Assembly: GCA_934757845.1 (NCBI GenBank)
Contig: CAKVLQ010000001.1
Span: 164,671-228,670, forward strand
Length of the DNA: 64,000 bases
Source of the DNA: an uncultured Clostridia bacterium
GTDB taxonomy: Bacteria > Bacillota > Clostridia > Christensenellales > UBA1242
Reading direction: 5' to 3'
Program-made: the position numbers and the translations under genes
Notes under the pieces: generated by a model
The model's database searches: none
What the model was told of the DNA's origin: nothing
What the model saw: only the letters and a program-made list of their open reading frames with translations
In this document: in pieces, positions 36,518 through 46,652 of the stretch
Position numbering within the stretch: the first letter of the stretch is position 1
How the letters are laid out: every line of letters begins with the position of its first letter

Positions 36518-36595
36518 TGCAAAATTTTAACAAAGTTAAAATTTTGATTTGCTTACGCAAATTGCACGATAAATCGTGGCATCACGGTTTGAATA
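36514..36595 (+). repeat. Copy A of a conserved ~80-nt intergenic element (candidate structured RNA or DNA cruciform)
   Basis: About 85% identical to 55939-56019. A closing stem GTGATG/CATCAC encloses three hairpins, and one hairpin differs from copy B only by compensatory changes. Confidence 0.7.
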
Positions 36596-36713
36596 TCTTA
36601 AAGTTTGATTCAAAATATCACTATGTTTTGTAAATTTTCAAACAAAACTTTCAAAAATAGAAAATAAAAACAAATAAAAAATTAATACATTAGATAAAAA
36701 AATAATTAAAATT

Positions 36714-37853
36714 ATGGCAAATAAAACAAAAAAATCAACAAAACCAAAATTTAAGTTTTCAAAAGTTAGCATAATAGTCTTTTTAATATTAACTGTTTTG
36801 CTAACAGTTTTTGCATTTGTATTCAAAACTCAAATAGAAAACTTGGTCAATTTCAACTCAACTTCAGAAAGCATAAATAATGACGGGCTTGTTATGCACA
36901 CAATTAATGTTGGGCAGGCAGAAGCAATAATGTTAAAACTTCCTGACGGCAAAAGTATGCTTGTTGATAGTGGCAACACGGGAAATAGCAAAAATGAAAA
37001 ACTTAAAAGTTATTTATTAAACAACTATTTTAATCAAGTTGGAAATATGATTAATGGCGAATATGTTATTGATTATTTTGTTATAACTCATAGTGATGCT
37101 GACCATATTGGTGGAGCAAGCATGATTTTTGATACTTTTCAAGTTAATAAGGTGTTCAGACCAAATATTTTTGCAGACACCGCAGAGCCAGATAAAAGTT
37201 ATGATGCGGGTTATACCAAGAAAACAATAGAAAGTGATGAATGGAATAAAGTTGTAACAAAAATGTATGCCGAAGAAAATTGTGAAGTTGTGTTTTCAAA
37301 AGCCGGCATAAAGATTGTTGAAGAAAATTATTCAATCAAATTTTGTGCACCAACTCAAAATAATTATTCAAATGTGAACGGATATTCTCCAATAATTATT
37401 GTTGAATATGCAAGTCGAAAAATTATGCTTACTGGTGATGCAACAACAGAATCAGAAGAAAAAGCAATTTCAAATCTTGAAAAATGCGATGTGTTGAAAG
37501 TTGCTCATCATGGAAGTAAAACTTCAACAAGTGAAGAATTTTTGGAAGTTGTAAAACCAAGTTACGCAATAATTTCAGTAAATAGCGAAGAACGCAAAAA
37601 CTATGGGCTTCCAAAACAAGAAATTTTGAATAGGCTTATGAAATATATGCCCGAGAAAAATATTTTCAGAACTGATAAGAATGGAAATATTGTTTTGTGC
37701 ATAACTGACGACTCTAATTTGAGTTTTGTGCTTGATGTGCAAAATAACAGTTATTATATTAAAGTTGAATATATTTTGGCAGGAAGCGTGTTAGTTTTGT
37801 TTGTTGTATGCTTTTCTGTGGGTAAAAAGAACATTAAAACACAAAAAAATTAA
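36714..37853 (+). CDS. Membrane-anchored ComEC/Rec2-related metallo-beta-lactamase-fold protein
   Basis: N- and C-terminal TM helices, plus ITHSDADHIGG and VAHHGSKTS MBL motifs. Confidence 0.85.
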   Translation: MANKTKKSTKPKFKFSKVSIIVFLILTVLLTVFAFVFKTQIENLVNFNSTSESINNDGLVMHTINVGQAEAIMLKLPDGKSMLVDSGNTGNSKNEKLKSYLLNNYFNQVGNMINGEYVIDYFVITHSDADHIGGASMIFDTFQVNKVFRPNIFADTAEPDKSYDAGYTKKTIESDEWNKVVTKMYAEENCEVVFSKAGIKIVEENYSIKFCAPTQNNYSNVNGYSPIIIVEYASRKIMLTGDATTESEEKAISNLEKCDVLKVAHHGSKTSTSEEFLEVVKPSYAIISVNSEERKNYGLPKQEILNRLMKYMPEKNIFRTDKNGNIVLCITDDSNLSFVLDVQNNSYYIKVEYILAGSVLVLFVVCFSVGKKNIKTQKN

Positions 37854-37934
37854 CTTTTTTGTGTTTTTTATTTTTCTTATTAGTCAAAATTTGTTAATAT
37901 TAAAATATAAAAACAATAAAAAGGATGAAATAAT

Positions 37935-38447
37935 TTGAAAAAAAACTTAACTATTGTGGGATTAAACCCGGAATTTAAAAAAAGCATAGCAAAAAAACTG
38001 GCAGATGAACTTGAAATGTATTATATTGACATAAATGATTTTGTTAAATATGATGTTATTGATTTTAACAATATTATAAGAACGGTGGGGCTTGAATATT
38101 ATAAAAATCTTGAAACAAAAGCGGTTAGTGTTGTGTCTAGTTATGAAAATAGCCTTATAACACTTAATTTAAGCACATTTTTTGAAAATAATAACTATAA
38201 ACTATTAAAACAAAATTCGTCTTTAATTTATATAAAAATTAATTTTCCAAATTTTAAAAACGAACTTTTGGAAGAAAGACCAAATTGTGCAAAATATGAA
38301 TCACTTCTTGACGAAAAGGTTTTTAAACAGCGTGACGGAATTTTGTCAAAAATTTGTGATATTGTTGTTGAAATAAAATTTGAAGAAAAAAATTTGATTG
38401 AAAAAATTATAAAAAGCATAAAAAAATATTATGGAGATATTTTATGA
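37935..38447 (+). CDS. Shikimate-kinase-like protein with a degenerate P-loop
   Basis: Size and layout resemble AroK, but GxxGxGKS is replaced by GLNPEFKKS. TTG start; 4-nt overlap with tkt. Confidence 0.45.
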   Translation: MKKNLTIVGLNPEFKKSIAKKLADELEMYYIDINDFVKYDVIDFNNIIRTVGLEYYKNLETKAVSVVSSYENSLITLNLSTFFENNNYKLLKQNSSLIYIKINFPNFKNELLEERPNCAKYESLLDEKVFKQRDGILSKICDIVVEIKFEEKNLIEKIIKSIKKYYGDIL

Positions 38448-40390
38448 AATCTTGCGATATAGTAAATAATTTAAGAGTTGTTGGGGCAGAAATGATAACA
38501 AATGCAAAAAGTGGACACCCAGGCGTTGTTTTAAGCGGTGCGCCAATTTTTTATGCAATTTTTAAAAATTTAAAAACCGATGCAAATAATCTTAAATATT
38601 TTAATCGTGATTTTTTTGTAAACTCAGCAGGTCATTCAAGTGCACTTAATTATGCGGTTATGAATTTGTTTGGTTATAATTTAACAAAACAAGACTTAAT
38701 GGAGTTTAGAAAAATAAATTCAAAAACTCCGGGACACCCAGAAATATCAACACTAGGGATTGATTGCTCAACGGGTCCACTTGGTCAAGGTGTTTCAAAT
38801 GCGGTTGGAATTGCAATAAGCCAAAAGCATTTTAAAGAAAAATTTAACAAAAAAAACTTTGAGATTTTTAATGGAAAGGTTTTTTGCTTTTTGGGCGATG
38901 GTTGCATGATGGAAGGCGTTGCACTTGAAGCATTTTCACTTGCTGGAAGTTTAAATCTTAACAACCTAATTTTTGTTTATGACCGAAATAGAAAGACTAT
39001 AGAAGGCGATATTAAACATATTTTTGATGACAATATTAAGCAAAAATTTGAAGCGATGAACTTTAATGTTTTTCATGTTAAAAAGGGAAATGATGCCGAC
39101 CTTATTGAAAAAGCGATATTAAAGGCAACAACCAGCAAAACAAAACCAAATTTAATAGTGGTTGACACAATTATTGGTTATGGTTCTCATGTTCAAGATA
39201 GTGAAATAAGCCACGGCAAACCATTTACCGAACAAGAAATTGAAAAACTTAAACAAAAATTAAATATAAATAATAAATTTTTAGAATTTAACAATGATGT
39301 TAAAGAATATGTTAAAGAAATTGCAAAACACAAACAAGAAATTATTTTGAAAGAAACTGAACTTTTAAAGGAATATAAAAAACAATATCCAAAAGAATAT
39401 AAAATGCTAAAAGGCTATTTTAATTTTTCTTTTAATGAAAAAGGAATATTAAGCCTTCAAAAACTTAATGTTCAAAACAATTTAAGCACCCGTGAAAATA
39501 ACCATATTGTTTTAAACCATATTGCAAAACTTGTTCCAAACATGATTGGTGGAAGTGCTGATGTAAATTCGTCATCAATGGTTTATCTTGATAACGAAGA
39601 ATATTTTAACAATAATTTTGCTGGCAGAAATATACACTTTGGAATAAGAGAACACGCCATGGCAGGAATTTCCAACGGAATTACTCTTTTTGGTGGAATG
39701 AATGCATTTTGTTCGTGCTATTTAAGTTTTTCCGACTATCTTAAACCAAGTTTAAGAATGTCAGCACTAATGAACTTGCCAGTTTTTTATCAATTTAGTC
39801 ATGATAACTTTTTGATTGGCGAAGATGGCCCAACTCATCAGCCGGTTGAACAACTTGTGGCGTTAAGGGCAACGCCAAATCTTGCTGTGTTTAGACCATA
39901 TAATAACACTGAAATTTTGGGTGCTTATTCATATTATTTAAGTGAAAAAAAACCAACTGTTCTTGTTTTAGGCAAAGAAAAAGTTGAAAATGAGCCAACA
40001 AGTATTGAAAACGCACTTAAAGGCGGATATGTTGTTTTTAATGAAATTGAAGACCTTAAAGGAGTAATTCTTACAAGCGGAATTGAAACAAAGTTTGCAA
40101 TTTTGATAGCAAAAAAACTTAAAAATATAAGAGTTGTGTCTATGCCTTGCTTTGAACTTTTTGATAAACAAAGTGAAAAATATAAACAAAGCGTTTTAAC
40201 AAACAAACCAAAAATTGCTTTTGAATTTGCTTCAAGTTATAGTTACTTTAAATATTGCAACAATGGGTTATATTTGTGCCTTGACAATTTTGGAAAAAGC
40301 GGAAAGGGGAGCGATGTTGAAAAGTCCCTTGGCTTTGACGAAAAAACAATAACAAGAAAAATAAAAAATTTTTTAAAAAAGTTTGAATAA
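38444..40390 (+). CDS. tkt: Transketolase
   Basis: SGHPG, GDGCMMEG (TPP motif) and EDGPTHQPVE. Confidence 0.95.
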   Translation: MKSCDIVNNLRVVGAEMITNAKSGHPGVVLSGAPIFYAIFKNLKTDANNLKYFNRDFFVNSAGHSSALNYAVMNLFGYNLTKQDLMEFRKINSKTPGHPEISTLGIDCSTGPLGQGVSNAVGIAISQKHFKEKFNKKNFEIFNGKVFCFLGDGCMMEGVALEAFSLAGSLNLNNLIFVYDRNRKTIEGDIKHIFDDNIKQKFEAMNFNVFHVKKGNDADLIEKAILKATTSKTKPNLIVVDTIIGYGSHVQDSEISHGKPFTEQEIEKLKQKLNINNKFLEFNNDVKEYVKEIAKHKQEIILKETELLKEYKKQYPKEYKMLKGYFNFSFNEKGILSLQKLNVQNNLSTRENNHIVLNHIAKLVPNMIGGSADVNSSSMVYLDNEEYFNNNFAGRNIHFGIREHAMAGISNGITLFGGMNAFCSCYLSFSDYLKPSLRMSALMNLPVFYQFSHDNFLIGEDGPTHQPVEQLVALRATPNLAVFRPYNNTEILGAYSYYLSEKKPTVLVLGKEKVENEPTSIENALKGGYVVFNEIEDLKGVILTSGIETKFAILIAKKLKNIRVVSMPCFELFDKQSEKYKQSVLTNKPKIAFEFASSYSYFKYCNNGLYLCLDNFGKSGKGSDVEKSLGFDEKTITRKIKNFLKKFE

Positions 40391-40489
40391 AACAAAAATT
40401 TTGCTCCATACTAAAATTGTAAACAAAACAATCATGTATTAATGTTATAAAAATATTTTAAATATTTTTTAGAGTTTTGTTTGCGTAAG

Positions 40490-40523
40490 AAAAATAGTCT
40501 AGCGGTTTTGCTAGACTTTTTTC
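40490..40523. terminator. Bidirectional terminator between tkt and the convergent PFOR gene
   Basis: AGTCTAGC-GGTTTT-GCTAGACT flanked by A and T runs. Confidence 0.85.
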
Positions 40524-40608
40524 TTGATAAATAAATATAATAAATTACAAATTAAAATATTATCAATTAAAAAATAATAATTAAATGAAAATATAAACAA
40601 CAAAGAAT

Positions 40609-43600
40609 TTAGTTATTGGTATTCAAAATTTCACAAAGCTTTTTATAAAAATCATATTCACGAGTTTTTGATTTTATAAGTTTTTCAAGAGTGTCCTTTG
40701 AGATTTTTTCATATCGTCCTTCGCTTAAAACAAAATCTTCAAGCAAATTAAAGTTTGGTGTGCTGTCAAGGGTTAAATTTCCATTCAAATATGTTATTAA
40801 ATTAAAATATCCACTTTTTGTTGCGTTAATTGCATGATTAAATGAATTTTTCATATCAATTTTGTGATTTATGCAAGGGGTATAAGCAACAATAACACTT
40901 GGACCGTTGTGATTAGCAGCATCATTAAAAGCCTTTATGCACTGATTTTTGTTTTCGGCAAAATTAACTTTTGCAAAGTGCAAATTTTGATATTGAAATA
41001 AACTTAAAAACAAATCTTTCTTTTGAGTTTGTTTTTCATTTGTATATTTAGTTTTTGCTCCCAAATTTGTTGCTTTGCTTGTTTGTCCGCCAGTGTTTGA
41101 ATAAACTTCATTGTCTAATATCAAAATGTTAACATTTTTGTTTTGACTAACAATGTGGTCAATTCCACCAAAATCAATATCATACGCCCAGCCATCGCCA
41201 CCAACAATAAAATTAATCATAGGAATTAAAAGTTGAGCATTTTCAATTAAAAACTTGTCAAACAAATTTTCTTCTTTCAAATTTTTAATCGTTTCAAAAG
41301 CATTTTGACAAATTTTAAAATCGTTTTTGTTTTCAATAACATTTTTTAAAATATCTTTAAATTTTGGGCTTAAATTATCAAAATTTGCTTCTAATTTTTC
41401 AAAAAATATTTCTCTTGATTTCAAAGTTGCATTACTAACACCAAACCCAAACTCGGCATTATCTTCAAACAAATTGCTAACAAAATTTGTTCCAAAATTT
41501 TTGCTATCTTTTGAAAAAGGTGAGCAGTTTATTCCAGCATTATAAATTGATGAACAGCCTGTTGCATTAATTAAATTTAGGTGAGAGCCAAACATGGTTC
41601 CCAAAAGTTTGAAATAAATTGTTTCAATGCAACCAGTGCAAGAAGAATTACAACTATAATATGACTGGTTATAAGCCAAATTTTTTTGATTTTTGCTGTT
41701 ATAAATTGGTGTTAATTTGTCAAAAAACTCTTTATTCAAATTTGAATAGTTTTTTATTATCAATGCTTTTGTTGGACAAATTTTAACGCAATTTTCACAA
41801 CCTGTGCATTTTGAAGTGTCAACAAAAAGGCAAAAACAAGTGCCGTCATTGTTTTTAATATATTTAAAATCTTGTGGGGCGTTTTGAAGTTCTTTTGCGT
41901 CAACAAGTTTAACAGAAATGGCACTGTGTGGGCAAATTTGTGCACAATTTGTGCATTTTATGCATTTATTTTCAAGCCAAAAGGCTTTTTGATTATAAAA
42001 TACTGCAAAAGTGTTCATGTTTTCAACTTCGCCATTTGCTTTAAAACTTGAAACGGGAAGTTCTTTTTTATTTTCAATTTTAATATTTTCATAATCAGTT
42101 TTGTTTAAAGAAATGTTAAATTTAAAAACTGAATTACACAAATCGTTTAAATAATCAACACTTTTTCCAAACTTTTTTGCACTTTCAATTTTAAGATTGT
42201 TAATAAAAGCATCTTTGTTTGTAATATTTGAAATTTCAACAAAACTTGCAAGCATTATCAAATTAATTTTGCTTCCCAGGTTGTTTTTTTCGGCAATTTT
42301 GTTTGCGTCAATAAAGTAAACTTTGCTACTGTTTTTCAAAAGCAAAAATTTGCTTAAATTGGATAATTTATTTTCATCTCCATCACAATTAATCAAAACC
42401 ACCGAGTTTTCTTTAAAAGCATCACTTAAATTATATTTATTCAAAAGTTCAATATTAGAAATGACAACAAAATCAAAACCCTTGTCTTTATAGTTAATTT
42501 CAAATTTGCTTTTAGACACAAAAATTTGACTTTCAGTTAGGTTTCCACTTTTTTTGCTATCATAATAACTATTTCCGCAAACAAAATCATTTTTACTTGC
42601 AAGTTTCATAAACAATTTGCTTGCACTCACTGTTCCGTCATTGCCAACACCAAAAAATGCAATTTTATCAATTTTGTTTTCAAAAATTTTGCTATCTAAT
42701 ATGTTTTTCTCGGTTATAACAAGTGAATTGTTTGAAATATCGTCATCAATTCCAACAACAAAATTATTTTTTTGTTCTTTGTCCATGTTTTCAAAAACAC
42801 TTAAAGACATATTAATGTCAAAATCTTTTCCACCAAGACCATATCTTCCATGCAAAATTTTGATGCAAGATTTTTCGTCAAACATAGCATAAACATTTTT
42901 TGCAAGTTCTTCACAAATGTTTCCAGTTTGTTTTGTCCTGTCCAAAACAGTTATTATTTTTGTTTGCTTTGGAAGTGCTTTAAAAAATTCTTCTTTGCAA
43001 AATGGGTTTAACATATTAACGCATAGAACTCCATAATCTTTTCCCAAAACCTTAACTGCGTTTTTTGCTGTTTCATAAGCGCTTCCCATCAAAACAACAA
43101 CTTTGCTTGCATTTTTATCACCAAAATATTCAAAAATTTGATATTTCCGCCCAGTTTTTTCAAAAAATTTTTCAAAACATTCATTCAAAATTTGTGGCAC
43201 TTTCGCGTCATATTCACTTATTCTTTCACGATTTTGAAAATAAATATCGGGGTTTTGGTTTGTTCCAAAAGTTCTAGGGTTTGAACTTATAAGCATATCG
43301 TGCTTAAACTCGTCAAATTCTTTTTGTGGAAACAAATCTTTTATCAAATTATCATCAAGTTCTTCAATAGTGTCGGTTTTGTGAGATGTGATAAATCCGT
43401 CAAAACAGTGCAAAACAGGAATTTTGCTTTTTAGTGTTAACATATGTGAAATCATGCAAAAATCTTGTGCTTTTTGAACATTTGACGAGCATAAAACTGT
43501 GTTTCCGCTTGAAAGAGTGCTATAAACATCACTATGGTCGCAAAAAATATTAAGGGCATGAGTTGACAAACTTCGTGAGGCAACATTCAAAACAAAAGGT

Positions 43601-43908
43601 TTTAGGCTAGAAGCAAGTTTGTATAAATTTGGAATCATCAAAAGAAGACCTTGGCTTGACGAAAAAGTTGTTGAATAAAGTCCACCATAAAGAGAGCCAA
43701 AGCAACTTGCAATCGCACCAGTTTCGCTTTGCATGACTTCAACTTGCGGAATATTTCCAAAAATGTTTTTTTCGCCCTTTTCGCTTAATTTTGCATATTC
43801 TTCGCCCATTGTGCTTGAAGGTGTGATTGGATAAATTGCACTAAATTCTGTTAATTTGTGGCTTATTTGTGCAACAATAGTGTTTGCATCGGTTATTATT
43901 TTGCTCAT
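40609..43908 (-). CDS. nifJ: Pyruvate:ferredoxin (flavodoxin) oxidoreductase
   Basis: Two 4Fe-4S motifs (CIKCTNCAQICP, CTGCENCVKICP), TPP motif GGDGWAYDIDFGG and 1099 aa. Confidence 0.93.
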   Translation of the reverse strand: MSKIITDANTIVAQISHKLTEFSAIYPITPSSTMGEEYAKLSEKGEKNIFGNIPQVEVMQSETGAIASCFGSLYGGLYSTTFSSSQGLLLMIPNLYKLASSLKPFVLNVASRSLSTHALNIFCDHSDVYSTLSSGNTVLCSSNVQKAQDFCMISHMLTLKSKIPVLHCFDGFITSHKTDTIEELDDNLIKDLFPQKEFDEFKHDMLISSNPRTFGTNQNPDIYFQNRERISEYDAKVPQILNECFEKFFEKTGRKYQIFEYFGDKNASKVVVLMGSAYETAKNAVKVLGKDYGVLCVNMLNPFCKEEFFKALPKQTKIITVLDRTKQTGNICEELAKNVYAMFDEKSCIKILHGRYGLGGKDFDINMSLSVFENMDKEQKNNFVVGIDDDISNNSLVITEKNILDSKIFENKIDKIAFFGVGNDGTVSASKLFMKLASKNDFVCGNSYYDSKKSGNLTESQIFVSKSKFEINYKDKGFDFVVISNIELLNKYNLSDAFKENSVVLINCDGDENKLSNLSKFLLLKNSSKVYFIDANKIAEKNNLGSKINLIMLASFVEISNITNKDAFINNLKIESAKKFGKSVDYLNDLCNSVFKFNISLNKTDYENIKIENKKELPVSSFKANGEVENMNTFAVFYNQKAFWLENKCIKCTNCAQICPHSAISVKLVDAKELQNAPQDFKYIKNNDGTCFCLFVDTSKCTGCENCVKICPTKALIIKNYSNLNKEFFDKLTPIYNSKNQKNLAYNQSYYSCNSSCTGCIETIYFKLLGTMFGSHLNLINATGCSSIYNAGINCSPFSKDSKNFGTNFVSNLFEDNAEFGFGVSNATLKSREIFFEKLEANFDNLSPKFKDILKNVIENKNDFKICQNAFETIKNLKEENLFDKFLIENAQLLIPMINFIVGGDGWAYDIDFGGIDHIVSQNKNVNILILDNEVYSNTGGQTSKATNLGAKTKYTNEKQTQKKDLFLSLFQYQNLHFAKVNFAENKNQCIKAFNDAANHNGPSVIVAYTPCINHKIDMKNSFNHAINATKSGYFNLITYLNGNLTLDSTPNFNLLEDFVLSEGRYEKISKDTLEKLIKSKTREYDFYKKLCEILNTNN

Positions 43909-44085
43909 AAATGTTCCTTTAATTTTTTTAATATATTGAAAATATAGTTTTTTAATTAAAACTATAATCTATAATTATTTTATTATAATAATTAACTATA
44001 TATCAATTATTATAATTTTAGCGGGACAAAAAGTCAATTTATTTGTTTTGTTTGATTTTTTTTAAGATTTTGTTAAAATATATTT

Positions 44086-44829
44086 ATGGCAAACATAAAA
44101 ATAGAATTTTCATATAATGGTCAAAATTATTATGGGCTTCAAAAGCAAGCCGACAAAAAAACCGTGCAGGGCGAAATTGAAGAAGCACTATTTAAACTTT
44201 TTAAAACAAAAACAAGTATAACTTTGGCTGGAAGAACAGACAAGGGTGTTAGTGCTCAAAAAATGGTTGCGAATTTTGAAACAAATTACTCAATAAATCC
44301 ACAAAAAATTTGCTATGCATTAAATGTTTTGCTTCCATATGATATTAGAATTTTAACCAGCCAAAAAGTTTGCGAGAATTTTCACGCTAGGCACAGTGCA
44401 AAAAGCAAAACTTATTGTTACAAACTTTATCATTCAACTTTTGAATTGCCACTTTTTCCGTTTGAAAGCCAAATTAAATTTGATGTTAATTTCAAAAACA
44501 TGAAAAAAGCAATGAAATATTTGGTTGGCACAAAAGATTTTTCAAGTTTTGTAACAAACGCAAAACAATATGAAAATTGCACAAGAACAATTTTTAAGGC
44601 TGTTATAAAAAAAGAAAACATTTTGGGCATAGACCACTATTATTTTTATTTTAAAGGGAATGGCTTTTTGTATAATCAAATAAGAAACATGGTTGGAACA
44701 ATTCTTCTTGCTGGGCAAAACAAAATTAAACCTAAAGATTTAAAAGAAATTTTAAATGCCAAAGACCGAAAACTGGCAGGTTCGTGTATGCCAGCAAATG
44801 GGCTTGTGCTTATGAATGTTGAATATTAA
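44086..44829 (+). CDS. truA: tRNA pseudouridine(38-40) synthase
   Basis: YNGQNYYGLQKQ and the catalytic GRTDKGVSA motif. Confidence 0.93.
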   Translation: MANIKIEFSYNGQNYYGLQKQADKKTVQGEIEEALFKLFKTKTSITLAGRTDKGVSAQKMVANFETNYSINPQKICYALNVLLPYDIRILTSQKVCENFHARHSAKSKTYCYKLYHSTFELPLFPFESQIKFDVNFKNMKKAMKYLVGTKDFSSFVTNAKQYENCTRTIFKAVIKKENILGIDHYYFYFKGNGFLYNQIRNMVGTILLAGQNKIKPKDLKEILNAKDRKLAGSCMPANGLVLMNVEY

Positions 44830-44886
44830 TTAAAATAAACTTTTTATTTTATTGATTTATTAAATTATTTTATATATAATATTAAT

Positions 44887-46572
44887 ATGTTAAAAACTTT
44901 AAAGATAAAAAATGTTGCGTTAATAGAAAAGGCAACAATAAATTTTGACGAAAAACTTAACATAATAAGCGGGGAAACGGGTGCGGGCAAAAGTGTTTTG
45001 CTTGACGCTGTTGGGCTTATACTTGGTCAAAAGGCAGACAAAACGCTGATAAAAAATGGCGAAGAATTTTTGTTTGTTGAAGCAACTTTTTTGAATAACA
45101 ATTCAAAAAAAATTCAAAACTTTTTTGAGCAAAACAATTTAGATTTTGACGATTGTATAATTATTTCTCGAAAAATTTCTCTTGACGGCAAAAACGAAGT
45201 TAAAATAAACGGCGAAAATGTTCCATTAATGTTTGTAAAAAATTTATCTTCGCTTTTGATTGATAATCATAAGCAAAATGAAAATTATGAAATTTTGAAC
45301 AAAAAAAAGCAGTTAGCATTGGTTGATAGTTTTGTTGAATTTGATTTTGATAATTTAAAAAATTTATATAAAAATATTGGTGAAATAAACAAAAAAATTG
45401 CAGAACTTTCACTTGACGAAAATGAGCGGAACCACGAACTTGACCTTCTTTTGTTTGAAATTAACGAAATTGAAAATGCAAAATTAAGTGAAAATGAAGA
45501 AGAAGAACTTAAATCTGAACTTTTAAGCCTAAAAAATGCTGAAAAAATTGCAAATAATTTGAATAATATAAAACAAAGTTTTGAAGGCACGGGTGGAATT
45601 ATTAGCAGTTTAAGAAAATGCAATATTGATTTAGCAAACATTGCCTCTTTAAGTGGAAAATCTTGTGAAACACTGGATAGACTTAATGGGCTTGAAATTG
45701 ACGCTAATGATATTTATGAAGAAATATTAGAAAAATTTGATATAGATTTTAGTGAAGACCGTTTTGAAGAAATTGATAATCGTCTTGAAATTTACAAAAA
45801 TATGCACAAAAAATATGGAATTTTGTTTTCGGACATTCAAGATTTTTTGGAAAAAGCCAAACAAAAATATCAAAAACTTGCAAATTTTGGTGAAGAACTT
45901 GAAAAACTGACAAAACAAAAAACTGAACTTATAAAAAAAGCATTTGAATTGTGTGAAGAACTTTCAAGCAAAAGAAAAATTAGTGCAAAAAATTTTGAAA
46001 AACAAATTGAAAGCGAACTTGCTGAACTTGCAATGCCAAACGCAAAAATCAAATTTGTTTTTAATAATTATAATCTTTCAAACTTTGAAAATTATTTCTC
46101 GGGGCTTGGTGCAGACGATGTCGAATTAATGTTTTCGGCAAACCTTGGTGAAGAAGTTAAGCCATTAAGTTTGGTTGCAAGTGGTGGCGAAATTTCAAGG
46201 CTTATGCTTGCAATAAAAACCATAACATCACAGTTTGACGACATTCCAACAATTATATTTGACGAACTTGACACGGGAATTAGTGGGGAAGCGAGTGTTG
46301 CGACAAGCAAAAAACTTGCAAAAATTTCAAAACATCACCAAATTTTGGCAGTTTCGCATTTGTTTCAAATTTGTGCCATGGCAGACAAAAATATTTTGGT
46401 TAAAAAAATTGAGCAAAATGGAAAAACTGTTTCTTTGCCAATCGAACTTGAAAAAGACCAAACAACTTTGGAACTTTGCAGGTTTTTATCTGTTAATGGC
46501 GTTACAGAAAGCACAATTAATCATGCCAAAGAAGTTAAAGAATTTTGCGAAAACTATAAAAAATCAATTTAG
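44887..46572 (+). CDS. recN: DNA repair protein RecN
   Basis: GETGAGKS Walker A, long coiled coil, SGGE signature and FDELDTGISG. Confidence 0.95.
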   Translation: MLKTLKIKNVALIEKATINFDEKLNIISGETGAGKSVLLDAVGLILGQKADKTLIKNGEEFLFVEATFLNNNSKKIQNFFEQNNLDFDDCIIISRKISLDGKNEVKINGENVPLMFVKNLSSLLIDNHKQNENYEILNKKKQLALVDSFVEFDFDNLKNLYKNIGEINKKIAELSLDENERNHELDLLLFEINEIENAKLSENEEEELKSELLSLKNAEKIANNLNNIKQSFEGTGGIISSLRKCNIDLANIASLSGKSCETLDRLNGLEIDANDIYEEILEKFDIDFSEDRFEEIDNRLEIYKNMHKKYGILFSDIQDFLEKAKQKYQKLANFGEELEKLTKQKTELIKKAFELCEELSSKRKISAKNFEKQIESELAELAMPNAKIKFVFNNYNLSNFENYFSGLGADDVELMFSANLGEEVKPLSLVASGGEISRLMLAIKTITSQFDDIPTIIFDELDTGISGEASVATSKKLAKISKHHQILAVSHLFQICAMADKNILVKKIEQNGKTVSLPIELEKDQTTLELCRFLSVNGVTESTINHAKEVKEFCENYKKSI

Positions 46573-46652
46573 CAATTATTGCTAAATTTTTTTTATTAGA
46601 ATAATATTTTATAATCTATTTAAACTACTTTCGTCTTGAAAGGAGTTTTTTA

